Shown in pieces: positions 21,077-30,891 of a DNA stretch of 64,000 nt. The notes under the pieces were generated by a model. It was given only the letters and a program-made list of their open reading frames with translations, ran no database searches and had not been told where the DNA came from. The number at the start of each line of letters is the position of its first letter. The first letter of the stretch is position 1. A program made the position numbers and the translations under genes. The stretch spans positions 132,669-196,668 of the forward strand of contig NZ_JADJNN010000008.1 in the NCBI RefSeq assembly GCF_016714285.1, written 5' to 3'. The DNA is from Nannocystis sp. GTDB taxonomy: Bacteria > Myxococcota_A > Polyangia > Nannocystales > Nannocystaceae.

Positions 21077-22908
21077 ACGACGGGCCCGACGGCGGCTCGG
21101 GCTTCTCCGGCCTCTACAAGGTGGCCGCGTTGCGCATTCGTCGCGACCTCGAGGGCGCGGCGGCCAGCCCCGGCGTCGGCATCGGCCCGGCCTACGTGGT
21201 CGACCGCCGACGCGTGCACGTGCCGCGCACCAAGATCGAGCGCGAGGAGGTCGAGGCGGAGATCCAGCGCTTCCACGAGGCGCTCCGCAGCTGTCGCCAG
21301 CAGCTCGAGCAGATCAAGGCCCGCCTGCCGCACGGAGAGCACCGCCAGATCCTCAAGGCGCAGCAGATGATGCTGCGCGACCCGGACCTCATCCTCCACA
21401 CCGAGACCATCATCCGCGAGGAGCTGGCCAACGCCGAGTGGGCGCTCACCGCTACCACCGACCAGATCATCGCCACCCTCGAGAACGCCGACGACAAGTA
21501 CTTCCGCGAGCGCGGCAGCGACATCGCCTTCCTCACCGAGAACGTGCTGCAGGCGCTGCTCGGCGACCACCCGGACGAGCTCGACCCCCCGACCGGCAGC
21601 GTCGTCGTCGCCCACGACCTGAGCCCGGCGGACACCGCCCGCCTGCACCGCTGCCACGTCGTCGGCATCATCACCGGGGTCGGCGGCCGCACCTCACACA
21701 GCGCCATCATGGCCCGCTCGCTGCAGATCCCCGCGGTGGTCGGCATCGAGGACATCCTGGCGATCGTCGACTCGGGGGACCTCGTCGTCGTCGACGGCGT
21801 GCACGGACACGTCATCGTCCGCCCCGAGGCAGAGGAGGTCGCCCACCACGCCGGTCAGCGCGACCGCTACAACGCCTTCGAGCAGAAGGTGCGCAAGGAG
21901 CACGCCTTCCCGGCGATCTCCACCGACGGGCTGCACGTCACCGTGCGCGCCAACCTGGCGATCAGCGAGGAGCTGGACCTCGCGCTGCGCTACGGCGCCG
22001 AGGGCGTCGGTCTGTACCGCAGCGAGTACATGTTCATGAACCGCGACGCCCTCCCCACCGAGGAGGAGCACTACCGGACCGCCAAGCTGGTGCTGCACCG
22101 CTGCGCGCCCTACCCGGTGGTGTTTCGCACCTTCGACCTCGGCTCCGACAAGTCGAGCGAGCTGCTGGACTTCGAGCAGGAGAACAACCCGGCGATGGGC
22201 ATGCGCTCGCTGCGGCTGGCGCTGCGCGAGCGCGGCATGTTCCTCGCCCAGCTGCGGGGGCTGCTGCGCGCCGGGGTCCACGGCCCGCTGGCGATCATGC
22301 TGCCGCTGGTCGGCAGCGTCGACGAGCTCGAGGCCGGCCTCGAGGTGATCGAGGAGGCGCGCGACCAGCTCGCCACCGCCGGCATGGCCCACTCGGAGGA
22401 CCTGGCGATCGGCATCATGGTCGAGACCCCGGCCGCCGCGCTGATCGCCGACATCCTGGCCCGCCGCGTCGACTTCATCAGCATCGGCACCAACGACCTC
22501 ATCCAGTACACCCTGGCGATCGACCGCGAGAACGAGGCCGTCGCCTACCTCTACCAGCCGCTGCACCCGGCGATCCTCCGCCTCATCAAGTCGGTCGCCG
22601 AGGCCGGCGCGCGCAACCAGGTGCCCGTCAGCCTGTGCGGTGAGATGGCCGCCGACCCGCGCTACACCTGGGTGCTCATCGGCCTCGGCGTCACCGAGCT
22701 GTCGATGCACCCGAGCGCCATCCCGGTGATCAAGAACATCATCCGCTCGTCGACCTCGGCCGAGATGAAGGCGCTGGCCGAGCGCGCGCTCCAGGCCCAG
22801 TCGGGCCGCGAGGCCGAGGATTTGGTGTTCGCGGCCATGCACGCCCGCTTCCCGGAGCACCTGCTCCACGGCGGCGGCCAGAACAGCGGCGGAGATCCGA
22901 CCCCGTGA
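21073..22908 (+). CDS. ptsI: Phosphoenolpyruvate-protein phosphotransferase, Enzyme I
   Basis: The GTG start overlaps the ptsH stop as GTGA. GGRTSHSAIMARSLQIPAVVG is the phospho-His region, and a PEP-utilising domain follows. Confidence 0.9.
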   Translation: MNDGPDGGSGFSGLYKVAALRIRRDLEGAAASPGVGIGPAYVVDRRRVHVPRTKIEREEVEAEIQRFHEALRSCRQQLEQIKARLPHGEHRQILKAQQMMLRDPDLILHTETIIREELANAEWALTATTDQIIATLENADDKYFRERGSDIAFLTENVLQALLGDHPDELDPPTGSVVVAHDLSPADTARLHRCHVVGIITGVGGRTSHSAIMARSLQIPAVVGIEDILAIVDSGDLVVVDGVHGHVIVRPEAEEVAHHAGQRDRYNAFEQKVRKEHAFPAISTDGLHVTVRANLAISEELDLALRYGAEGVGLYRSEYMFMNRDALPTEEEHYRTAKLVLHRCAPYPVVFRTFDLGSDKSSELLDFEQENNPAMGMRSLRLALRERGMFLAQLRGLLRAGVHGPLAIMLPLVGSVDELEAGLEVIEEARDQLATAGMAHSEDLAIGIMVETPAAALIADILARRVDFISIGTNDLIQYTLAIDRENEAVAYLYQPLHPAILRLIKSVAEAGARNQVPVSLCGEMAADPRYTWVLIGLGVTELSMHPSAIPVIKNIIRSSTSAEMKALAERALQAQSGREAEDLVFAAMHARFPEHLLHGGGQNSGGDPTP

Positions 22909-22933
22909 GCCCGGCCCACGCCACGCCGGGCGC

Positions 22934-23030
22934 CTGTCCCGTGCGCCAGGTGTATGCGGCGGGCGCCGGTCCCGTGCGCCAGGTGTATGCGACCGCCTGT
23001 CCCATGCGCCAGGTGCGAAGGGACCTGTCC
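22934..23030. repeat. Intergenic array of three copies of CTGTCCCRTGCGCCAGGTG plus GGGACCTGTCC, between ptsI and the hydrolase gene
   Basis: The array can be read directly. The period is about 31-32 bp, and it ends about 20 bp before the GTG start at 23051. Confidence 0.85.
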
Positions 23031-23050
23031 TCGCGGTCAGGTAGGCGCGC

Positions 23051-23959
23051 GTGAGGGATCCGGGCTTCTCGCTCAGCCTCCGGGACGCCTCGCGCCTGGT
23101 CGAGCTCTCCTTCGGCCGCGTCTTCCTCCGCGACCACGGCCCGGCCGCCCCCGCCGCGCCCGGTGGGCCGCCGGTGCTGCTGTTGCACGGCCTGCTGGTG
23201 ACCAGCCACAGCTTCACCCGCCTGATCCCCGAGCTCGCCAGCGACCACCGCGTGCTCGCGCCTGACCTGCCTGGCTGCGGCGACAGCGACCGCCCGCCGC
23301 CGGTGCTGTGCGCCGACTACAGCCCGCGCTGGCTGGCCGCCGCGCTGCAGGAGCTGCTCGATCGCCTCGGGCTCGCGCAGGTCGACCTCGTCGGTCACTC
23401 GTGGGGCGGGGCGATCGCCGTCTGCCTCGCCGACGCCGCGCCCGCGCGGGTGCGTCGCCTGGTCCTCGTCGACCCGACCCTGTTCGCCATGCCGGTGCCG
23501 ATCGAGGGCCGCCTGGCGACGGTGCCCCGCATCGGCCCTTACATGTTTCACAACATGTACCGCCGCAACGAGCTGCGCCGCTACCTCGGCCGCGCCTTCT
23601 CCAGCGAGCGGCTGGTCGACGAGGCCGACGTCGACATCTACTGGGACCGGCTCGCGCGCAGCGGCGGGCGCGAGGCGGCCCACGCGATGCTCATGCAACT
23701 GCTCGGCGCCGACACCATGGCGGGCATGCTGCCGCGGATGCGCGCGTTGACTGCTCCGACGCTGGTCGTGTGGGGTGACCGCGACGGCATCGTCCCGCGC
23801 GAGCACGCCGATCGCGTCGCTGCCGCGATCCCCGGGGCGACGCTGCGGTGGCTCGAGGGCTGCGGCCACACGCCGCCCGAGGAGCAGCCCGAGGCCCTCG
23901 CCGCGCTGCTGCGCCAGCACCTGGACGGCGCCGGCGTGGGCGCCTCCGCCCATCCCTGA
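23051..23959 (+). CDS. Alpha/beta-fold hydrolase
   Basis: VLLLHGLLVTSHSF...LVGHSWGGAIAV is the nucleophile elbow GHSWG. The start is GTG. Confidence 0.8.
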   Translation: MRDPGFSLSLRDASRLVELSFGRVFLRDHGPAAPAAPGGPPVLLLHGLLVTSHSFTRLIPELASDHRVLAPDLPGCGDSDRPPPVLCADYSPRWLAAALQELLDRLGLAQVDLVGHSWGGAIAVCLADAAPARVRRLVLVDPTLFAMPVPIEGRLATVPRIGPYMFHNMYRRNELRRYLGRAFSSERLVDEADVDIYWDRLARSGGREAAHAMLMQLLGADTMAGMLPRMRALTAPTLVVWGDRDGIVPREHADRVAAAIPGATLRWLEGCGHTPPEEQPEALAALLRQHLDGAGVGASAHP

Positions 23960-23973
23960 TACCCTCGCTCGCG

Positions 23974-26900
23974 GTGCGTCTCGCCCGACCGACGTCGCCT
24001 CGCCGGGCCCGGCCAACGCCGCGCTGGCTGTGGCTGTGCTCGGCGCTGTGGCTGCTGCTCTGCTGCCTGTCCCCGGGGACAGCCGCCGCCAACAGCCGCG
24101 ACCTGAAGTGGAAGACGCTGACCACCGAGCACTTCCAGATCCACTACTACGCCGGCGCCGAGGCGGCCGCGGATCGGGCCGCGATGGTGCTCGAGCGGGC
24201 CCACGCGCGCCTCAGCGTCGGCCTCGGCCACAGCCCGAGGATCCGTACCCACGTCGTGATGACCGACGCCACCGACTCGGCCAACGGCCGGGCCACCGTG
24301 TTCAGCTTCCCGCGCATCGACGCCAACGTCACAGCCCCCGACTCGCTGTCCGTGCTCGAGAGCTACGACGACTGGCTCGACGCCCTGCTCAGCCACGAGT
24401 ACACGCACATCGTCCACAACGACACGATCCACGGGCTGCCGCGGGTGCTCAACACGATCCTCGGCTTCGGCGTGATCGGCCGGGTCTGGCCGCCGAACGG
24501 CCTCCAGCCGCGCTGGGTGCTCGAGGGCCTGGCGACCTACGAGGAGTCGCGCCTGACCAGCCAGGGCCGCCACCGATCGACGCAGTTCGACATGATGCTG
24601 CGCATGGCCGTGCTCGAGCAGGGCTTCCCGACGCTCGACCGCATCTCCGCGCCGGCCACGATCTTCCCGCAGACGACCACCGTCTACCTCTACGGCCTGC
24701 ACTTGATCCACTACCTCGGCACCCGCTACGGCCACGACAAGCTGCGCGAGCTCAGCCACCGCTACGGCGGCCGGGCGATCCCCTACAGCCTGAACCGCAC
24801 CGTGCAGGAGGTCTATGGCGTCGACTTCCAGCAGCTCTGGCAGGACTTCCAGCTCGACATCACCCGGCGCTTCGAGGCCCAGGCGCGGGCGATCCGCGGG
24901 CGAGGGATCCGCGAGGGTCGACGCCTCACCTTCTCCACCGCCAGCGAGGCCTCGAGCTTCAGCCGCCACCCGACCTGGTCGCCCGACGATCAGTACCTCT
25001 ACTTCTACGAGGACGACGGCCACAGCAACCCTGGCGTGCGCCGGATCGCCGCGCGCGGCGGACAGATCCGCGAGGGCATCGGCGTCGGTCGCCAGGGCAT
25101 GACCCGCGGCATCGAGCGCGTCATCGAGGCCCAGGGTTCGTGCACGCCGAACCTCGTGCCGGGCTCCGGCGGCGACATCGTGTTCGAGCAGGGCAACCTG
25201 CACGACCTCCGCTACAGCTGGAACGAGCTGTTCCTGTGGCACCCCGCCGACCCCGACGCCCAGGCCGCCCGTCAGAGCCCGGGCGAGCTCATCCAGCTGA
25301 CCTCCGGCCTGCGGGCGCGCGACCCCCACGTCAGCCCCGACGGCCGCAGCGTCGTGTTCATCCGCAACGACATCGCCCAGTCGCGGCTCGCCTTCCTCGA
25401 TCTCCCGACCCGCGAGGTCCGCGAGCTTGCCCCGGCTGGCCGCGTCGAGCAGCTGTACAGCCCGCGCTTCTCGCCGGACAGCCGCAGGGTCGCCTTCTCG
25501 GCGCACCGCGACGGCTATCGCGACATCTACATCCACGATCGTGACACCGGCGCCCGCGAGCGGGTCACCGCCGACCGCTTCCTCGACATGTCGCCGACCT
25601 GGACCCCCGACGGCCGTTACCTGCTGTTCGCCAGCGACCGCGACGATGTCTTCAACATCTACGCCTATGACCTCGAGGCCGGCCGGGTGCAGCAGGTGAC
25701 CAACGTGATCGGCGGCGCCTTCGACCCGGTGGTCAGCAACGACGGCCAGCGCCTGGCCTACGTCGGCTTCTCCTCCACCGGCTACGACCTGTGGGTGATG
25801 AAGCTCGACCCGGCCGAGTTCTTCACGCCGCTGCCGATCTCCGAGGACCTGCCGCAGGCCGACGACCCGACCCCCGAGTTGCCGGCCCTGCACCGCCGGG
25901 CGCCCTCGCTGCGCGCCCGTCGCTACCAGCCGATCCGCACCTTCTTCCCGCGGGTCTTGCTGCCGGCCTCGTTCGACTTCGGCAACAGCGGTCAGGGCGT
26001 CGACCTCGGCCTCAAGCTCGACATCGCCGACGTCGTCGGCTTCCACAGCCTGAGCGCCAGCTTCCGCGACTACCTCCGCTACCGCGAGCCGGTCGGCGCC
26101 GTGAGCTACAGCTACAGCCAGCTGCTCCCGACCTTCAGCCTCGCCTTCGTCCGCGACCTGAGGGTCTACGACGACCGCGGTGTCCGCTACAACTACGACC
26201 ACGCGTCGCGCGACGGCGTCTTCGAGCCCTACCTGCTCACCGGCTACCGCGAGCGCCAGACGGTGGTGCGCGCCTCGGTGTCGGTGCCGATCGTCCGCCA
26301 CGCGATCCACAGCGCCAGCGCAGCCGCGACCTACGAGTTCTCGCGGCTGCGCGACCTCAACGAGGATCGCGAGGCGATCGACCCCAACGCGCCGACCTCG
26401 GTGCCGCCCGCGGTCGGCGATGTCGGCAGCCTGAGCCTGTCGCTGCGCTACGACAACCTGCGCAGCGTCACCTACGGCTACGCCAGCGAGACCGGCCGCC
26501 ACGCCGCGTTCAACCTGTCGATCGTCGACCGTCACCTCGGCGGCCAGTACGGCGACATCAAGGCGTCGGCGAGCTACGGCGAGCGGATCCGCATGCCCTG
26601 GCGCGGTCATCAGGTGCTCGCGCTGCGCCTCGGCGGCGGCGCCTCGGCCGGCGGCCTCGGTCGCCTCGGGGCCTTCCGCCTCTATGGCACGCCGCTGCCG
26701 AACCGCGTGATCCAGGACTTCCTGCTGCGCAGCCCCTTCGCCGAGGCCGGCACGCTCCGCGGCTTCGTCCCCGCGGGCACCGCGGGCGCCTACTACCTCG
26801 TGCTCAACGTCGACTACCGGATCCCGCTCGCCGACGTCGAGCGCGGCATGGGCTCGCTGCCGCTGTTCATGCGCCGCGTCACCGCGATCCCCTTCCTCGA

Positions 26901-27087
26901 CTACGGCGGCGCCTGGTCCGGGAGGCTCACCCGCGACCTGCTCAAGGTCGGCGCCGGCGCGTCGCTGGTGTTCTCGTTTCGCCTCGGCTACCGCGAGACC
27001 ATCGACCTGTTCCTGACCTACGCCCACGGCTTCGATCCCACGATCGGCGGCGATCTGCTGCGCGTGCTGGTCGCCCGCAGCTTTTAG
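23974..27087 (+). CDS. Large outer-membrane protein, paralog 1: zincin-like HExxH domain, TolB/PD40 beta-propeller repeats and a C-terminal beta-barrel
   Basis: The GTG start gives the signal peptide MRLARPTSPRRARPTPRWLWLCSALWLLLCCLSPGTAAA. The zincin motif is LSHEYTHIVHND...WVLEGLATYEE. PD40 repeats include SPDGRSVVF, SPDSRRVAFSAHRDGYRDIYIHD and WTPDGRYLLFASDRDDVFNIYAY. The ~400-aa C-terminus has amphipathic strands and ends ...LLRVLVARSF, with a terminal Phe. Confidence 0.75.
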   Translation: MRLARPTSPRRARPTPRWLWLCSALWLLLCCLSPGTAAANSRDLKWKTLTTEHFQIHYYAGAEAAADRAAMVLERAHARLSVGLGHSPRIRTHVVMTDATDSANGRATVFSFPRIDANVTAPDSLSVLESYDDWLDALLSHEYTHIVHNDTIHGLPRVLNTILGFGVIGRVWPPNGLQPRWVLEGLATYEESRLTSQGRHRSTQFDMMLRMAVLEQGFPTLDRISAPATIFPQTTTVYLYGLHLIHYLGTRYGHDKLRELSHRYGGRAIPYSLNRTVQEVYGVDFQQLWQDFQLDITRRFEAQARAIRGRGIREGRRLTFSTASEASSFSRHPTWSPDDQYLYFYEDDGHSNPGVRRIAARGGQIREGIGVGRQGMTRGIERVIEAQGSCTPNLVPGSGGDIVFEQGNLHDLRYSWNELFLWHPADPDAQAARQSPGELIQLTSGLRARDPHVSPDGRSVVFIRNDIAQSRLAFLDLPTREVRELAPAGRVEQLYSPRFSPDSRRVAFSAHRDGYRDIYIHDRDTGARERVTADRFLDMSPTWTPDGRYLLFASDRDDVFNIYAYDLEAGRVQQVTNVIGGAFDPVVSNDGQRLAYVGFSSTGYDLWVMKLDPAEFFTPLPISEDLPQADDPTPELPALHRRAPSLRARRYQPIRTFFPRVLLPASFDFGNSGQGVDLGLKLDIADVVGFHSLSASFRDYLRYREPVGAVSYSYSQLLPTFSLAFVRDLRVYDDRGVRYNYDHASRDGVFEPYLLTGYRERQTVVRASVSVPIVRHAIHSASAAATYEFSRLRDLNEDREAIDPNAPTSVPPAVGDVGSLSLSLRYDNLRSVTYGYASETGRHAAFNLSIVDRHLGGQYGDIKASASYGERIRMPWRGHQVLALRLGGGASAGGLGRLGAFRLYGTPLPNRVIQDFLLRSPFAEAGTLRGFVPAGTAGAYYLVLNVDYRIPLADVERGMGSLPLFMRRVTAIPFLDYGGAWSGRLTRDLLKVGAGASLVFSFRLGYRETIDLFLTYAHGFDPTIGGDLLRVLVARSF

Positions 27088-27196
27088 GCGCCCGCCGCAG
27101 GCCCAGGGAGGGCCGAGGAGCAGCGTGCGGCTCGCTGCCGGGGGCGACCCGCCGGGGCCGTACCGGGCCCGCCGGGCGTGTTAAGCTGGCGCCCGC

Positions 27197-30100
27197 GTGC
27201 CCGTCCTCCGCCTCGCACTCGCGTTCCTGGCGCTGCTGCTCGGGCTGGCGCCGCGCGAGGCGGCCGGCAACAGCCGCGACCTGAAGTGGCGCACGCTGCA
27301 GACCGAGCACTTCAACATTCACTACTACCAGGGCAGCGAGGACGCGGCCTCACGCGCCGGGATGCTGCTCGAGCGGGCCCACGCGCGGCTCACCGTCGGC
27401 CTCGGGCACGCGTCGTTCCTGCGCACCCACGTGACGCTCGTCGACAGCACGGACGAGGCCAACGGGGTCGCCAACGCGGTGCCGTTCCCGCGGCTGCAGG
27501 CCAACCTCACCGCGCCGAATTCGATGTCGGTGCTCGAGAGCTACGACGACTGGCTCGACATCCTCCTGACCCACGAGTACACGCACGTGGTCCACCTGGA
27601 CACGGTGCACGGCATCCCGCGCCTGGTGAACGCGGTGGTCGGCTTCGGCGTGCTCGGCAAGGTGTGGTCGCCGAACCTGATCCAGCCGCGCTGGATGGTC
27701 GAGGGCCTGGCCAGCTACGAGGAGTCGCACCTGACCTCGATGGGCCGCCACCGTTCGACGCAGTTCGACATGATGCTGCGCATGGCGGTGCTCGAGCACG
27801 GCTTCCTCCCGCTCGACCGCGTCTCGAGCGGGGCCAACGTGTTCCCGCACGGCACCTCGGCCTATCTCTACGGCCTGCACTTCATGCACTACATCGCCGC
27901 CCGCTTCGGCGAGGACAAGCTGCGCGAGCTGAGCCACGTGTTCGGCGGCCAGGCGATCCCCTTCGCGATCAACCGCGCGATCGAGAAGGTGCTCGGCGTC
28001 GACTGGCATCAGCTGTGGCAGGAGTTCCAGCTCGACCTGACCCGCCGCTTCGAGGGCCAGGCCCGGGCGATCCGCGCCCGCGGCATCCGCGAGGGCCGGC
28101 GCCTGACCTACCAGACCAGCAGCTCCGCCTCCGGCCAGTTCAACCGCCACCCCTTCTGGTCGGCCGACGACCAGCACGTCTACTTCTATCAGGACGACGG
28201 CCACAGCAACCCCGGCATCCGCCGCATCCGATCGACCGGTGGTCGCATCCGTGAGGGCATCGGCGTCGGCCGCCAGGGCATGAACCTCGACATCGAGCGC
28301 GTGGTCGAGGTCCAGGACGCGGCCTCTGGATCGTTCATCCTCGGCACCCAGGAGATGGTCTACGAGGTCTCGCACCAGTACGACTTCCGCTACTCGTGGA
28401 ACGACCTGGTGCTGTGGCGGGGCGGCGACCGCAACAACGTCGAGTCGCTCACCCGCGGCGCCCGCAGCCGCGACCCGCACGTCGCTCCGGACGGCCGCAC
28501 GGTCGTGTTCTCGCGCAACGACGCGGCCCAGTCGCGGCTCGCCTTCCTCGACCTGAACACGCGGGTGATCAGCGAGGTCACGCTGGGCGACGATCGCATC
28601 GCCCAGGTGTTCTCGCCGCGCTGGGCCCCCGACAGCCGGCGCGTCGCCTTCTCCGGCTGGCGCGAGGGCGGCTATCGCGACATCTACGTCTACGACCGCG
28701 AGTCGCAGCAGACCACGCGGATCACCGCTGACCGCTTCCTCGACACCGAGCCCTGCTGGACCCCGGACGGCGCGTACATCCTGTTCGCCAGCGATCGCGA
28801 CGACGTGTTCAACATCTACGCCTACGAGGTGGAGAGCGCGCGGGTGCAGCAGGTCACCAACGTGATCGGCGGCGCCTTCGAGCCGGTGGTCAGCAACGAC
28901 GGCCAGCGCGTGGTGTACATCGGCTTCTCCGCGCAGGGCTACGACCTGTGGGTGATGAAGCTCGACCCGGCCGAGTTCTTCGCGCCGCTGCCGGTGACCG
29001 ACGACTTGCCGGCCATCGACGATCCGACGCCAGCGCTGACGCCCGGCCAGGAGCGGCCGCTGTCGCCGCGGAGCCGGCGCTACCAGCCGATCCGCACCAT
29101 GTTCCCGCGGACCCTGCTGCCGGCCGTGGCCGACATCAGCTCGTCGCTGTTCGGCACCGAGATCGGCGCGACCTTTCAGGTCACGGACGTGCTCGGCTTC
29201 CACGCCCTCACCGCGCGCGGCGGCTACACGACGGCCTTCCACGCGCCGGTCGGGTCGGTGGCCTACAACTACAGCCAGCTGCTGCCGAGCTTCGGCGTCG
29301 GCTTCGGCCGCGCCTTCGCCCAGCGCAACGGCTTCCAGCGCTACAACTACGACAGCCCCGAGGGCGAGTCCGGCTACCGGGTGAGCGGCTACCGCGAGCA
29401 GGTGACGCGCTTCAACGCCAGCATGAGCGTGCCGGTGATCCGCCACCCGATCCATAACGCGAGCGCGCGGGTCGAGTACAACTACAGCCACTTCAAGAAC
29501 CTCGACGCCGCCGATCCGGTCGACCCCAACGCGCCGGCCTCCCAGCAGCCCGAGGTCGGCGGCCTCGGTCAGGTCGACCTCGCGTTCAACTACGACAACC
29601 TGCGCACGGTGAAGTTCGGCTACGGCAGCGAGACGGGCCGCTCCGCCGGCGCGCGCCTGTCGATCGTCGACCAGCACCTGGGCGGCCGCCTCGGCGACCT
29701 GCAGGTCAGCGGCAGCTACGCGGAGGTCATCCGCATGCCGTGGCGCGGGCACCAGAACCTCGCGCTGCGGATCGTCGGCGGGGCCTCGGCGGGCGGTCTG
29801 GCTCGCCGCGGGGCCTACTACGTCGGCGGCTACTCGCAGCAGGAGGACGTGATCCGCACGCTGCTGGTGCGCGACCCTTACAGCGAGGCGGGCGTGCTGC
29901 GCGGCTTCCAGCCCGGCGCCTTCGCGGGCCGCTACTACGCCGTCCTGAACGGCGAGTACCGCATCCCGATCGCCGACGTCGAGCGCGGCGTCGGCACGCT
30001 GCCGCTGTTCATGCGCCGCATCACCGCGATCCCCTTCGCCGACCTCGGCGGGGCGTGGAGCGATCGCTTCACCCGTCAGGCGCTCAAGTGGGGCGTCGGC

Positions 30101-30229
30101 GCGTCGCTCGTGCTGTCGTTCAAGGTCGGCTACCTCGACAGCATCGACCTGTTCCTGCAGTACGCCCACGGCTTCGACACCAAGTACGGCCTCGACACCT
30201 TCCGGGCGATGGTCGCGCGCAGCTTCTAG
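27197..30229 (+). CDS. Large outer-membrane protein, paralog 2, with the same HExxH, PD40 and beta-barrel architecture
   Basis: MPVLRLALAFLALLLGLAPREAAGNSRDLKWRTLQTEHFNIHYY is collinear with paralog 1. The zincin motif is LTHEYTHVVHLD. The C-terminus reads ...FRAMVARSF. Confidence 0.8.
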   Translation: MPVLRLALAFLALLLGLAPREAAGNSRDLKWRTLQTEHFNIHYYQGSEDAASRAGMLLERAHARLTVGLGHASFLRTHVTLVDSTDEANGVANAVPFPRLQANLTAPNSMSVLESYDDWLDILLTHEYTHVVHLDTVHGIPRLVNAVVGFGVLGKVWSPNLIQPRWMVEGLASYEESHLTSMGRHRSTQFDMMLRMAVLEHGFLPLDRVSSGANVFPHGTSAYLYGLHFMHYIAARFGEDKLRELSHVFGGQAIPFAINRAIEKVLGVDWHQLWQEFQLDLTRRFEGQARAIRARGIREGRRLTYQTSSSASGQFNRHPFWSADDQHVYFYQDDGHSNPGIRRIRSTGGRIREGIGVGRQGMNLDIERVVEVQDAASGSFILGTQEMVYEVSHQYDFRYSWNDLVLWRGGDRNNVESLTRGARSRDPHVAPDGRTVVFSRNDAAQSRLAFLDLNTRVISEVTLGDDRIAQVFSPRWAPDSRRVAFSGWREGGYRDIYVYDRESQQTTRITADRFLDTEPCWTPDGAYILFASDRDDVFNIYAYEVESARVQQVTNVIGGAFEPVVSNDGQRVVYIGFSAQGYDLWVMKLDPAEFFAPLPVTDDLPAIDDPTPALTPGQERPLSPRSRRYQPIRTMFPRTLLPAVADISSSLFGTEIGATFQVTDVLGFHALTARGGYTTAFHAPVGSVAYNYSQLLPSFGVGFGRAFAQRNGFQRYNYDSPEGESGYRVSGYREQVTRFNASMSVPVIRHPIHNASARVEYNYSHFKNLDAADPVDPNAPASQQPEVGGLGQVDLAFNYDNLRTVKFGYGSETGRSAGARLSIVDQHLGGRLGDLQVSGSYAEVIRMPWRGHQNLALRIVGGASAGGLARRGAYYVGGYSQQEDVIRTLLVRDPYSEAGVLRGFQPGAFAGRYYAVLNGEYRIPIADVERGVGTLPLFMRRITAIPFADLGGAWSDRFTRQALKWGVGASLVLSFKVGYLDSIDLFLQYAHGFDTKYGLDTFRAMVARSF

Positions 30230-30318
30230 CGCGGCCGCGACGCGCCTCATGAGGCGCCGGCGCTGCCTTGCCGGATCGGCGATCTGGCGCACGCTTGTGG
30301 GTCGGAAGAGAGGTACCC

Positions 30319-30786
30319 ATGACCAGCACCACTCCGATGCCTGCCGCCGCCGACTTCATGAGCCGTACGGTTCACACGCTGCGGCCCGAGGCCGAGATCA
30401 GCGACGCCGTCGGCGTGCTGACCCGCTACCTTTGTTCTGGCGCCCCGGTGCTCGACGCAGAGGGCGGCATCCTCGGCGTGCTCACCCACGAGGGCTGCAT
30501 GCAGGCCCTGTCCGGCGCGGTGTTCAACGGCGAGGAGCCTGGCCGCGTCGCCGATCACATGGCCCGCGAATTTGCGGTCGTCGAGCCCACGGCCGACCTG
30601 TTCCGTGTGGTCTCGATGTTCAGCAACCAATGCGGGCGGCGCGTGCTGGTCATCGACGGCGGGCGCGTCGTCGGCATCGTGACCCGCTCCGACACCTTGC
30701 GCGCGCTTCATCAGCTGCGCCAGCCTCGCACCAGCGACATCACGATCGAGTCGGTGGCGCTCGGCTGGTCCGCGCTTACGCCCTGA
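30319..30786 (+). CDS. CBS domain pair protein
   Basis: The protein has two CBS motifs, and a GGAAGAGAGG ribosome-binding site lies upstream. Confidence 0.8.
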   Translation: MTSTTPMPAAADFMSRTVHTLRPEAEISDAVGVLTRYLCSGAPVLDAEGGILGVLTHEGCMQALSGAVFNGEEPGRVADHMAREFAVVEPTADLFRVVSMFSNQCGRRVLVIDGGRVVGIVTRSDTLRALHQLRQPRTSDITIESVALGWSALTP

Positions 30787-30891
30787 TCGCCCGGTATCGC
30801 GTGGCCGACGCACGAACACCCCGCGCCAGAGACCTGGGCGGGGTGCCGAACGGGGAGCGCCCCCGGGGAGTATGCGAGCGACCGGCGGCGA

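Noticed and set aside
20908-22908. The 666-aa ORF taken as ptsI
   Set aside because: Its N-terminal portion overlaps ptsH out of frame. The GTG at 21073, overlapping the ptsH stop, is the correct start.
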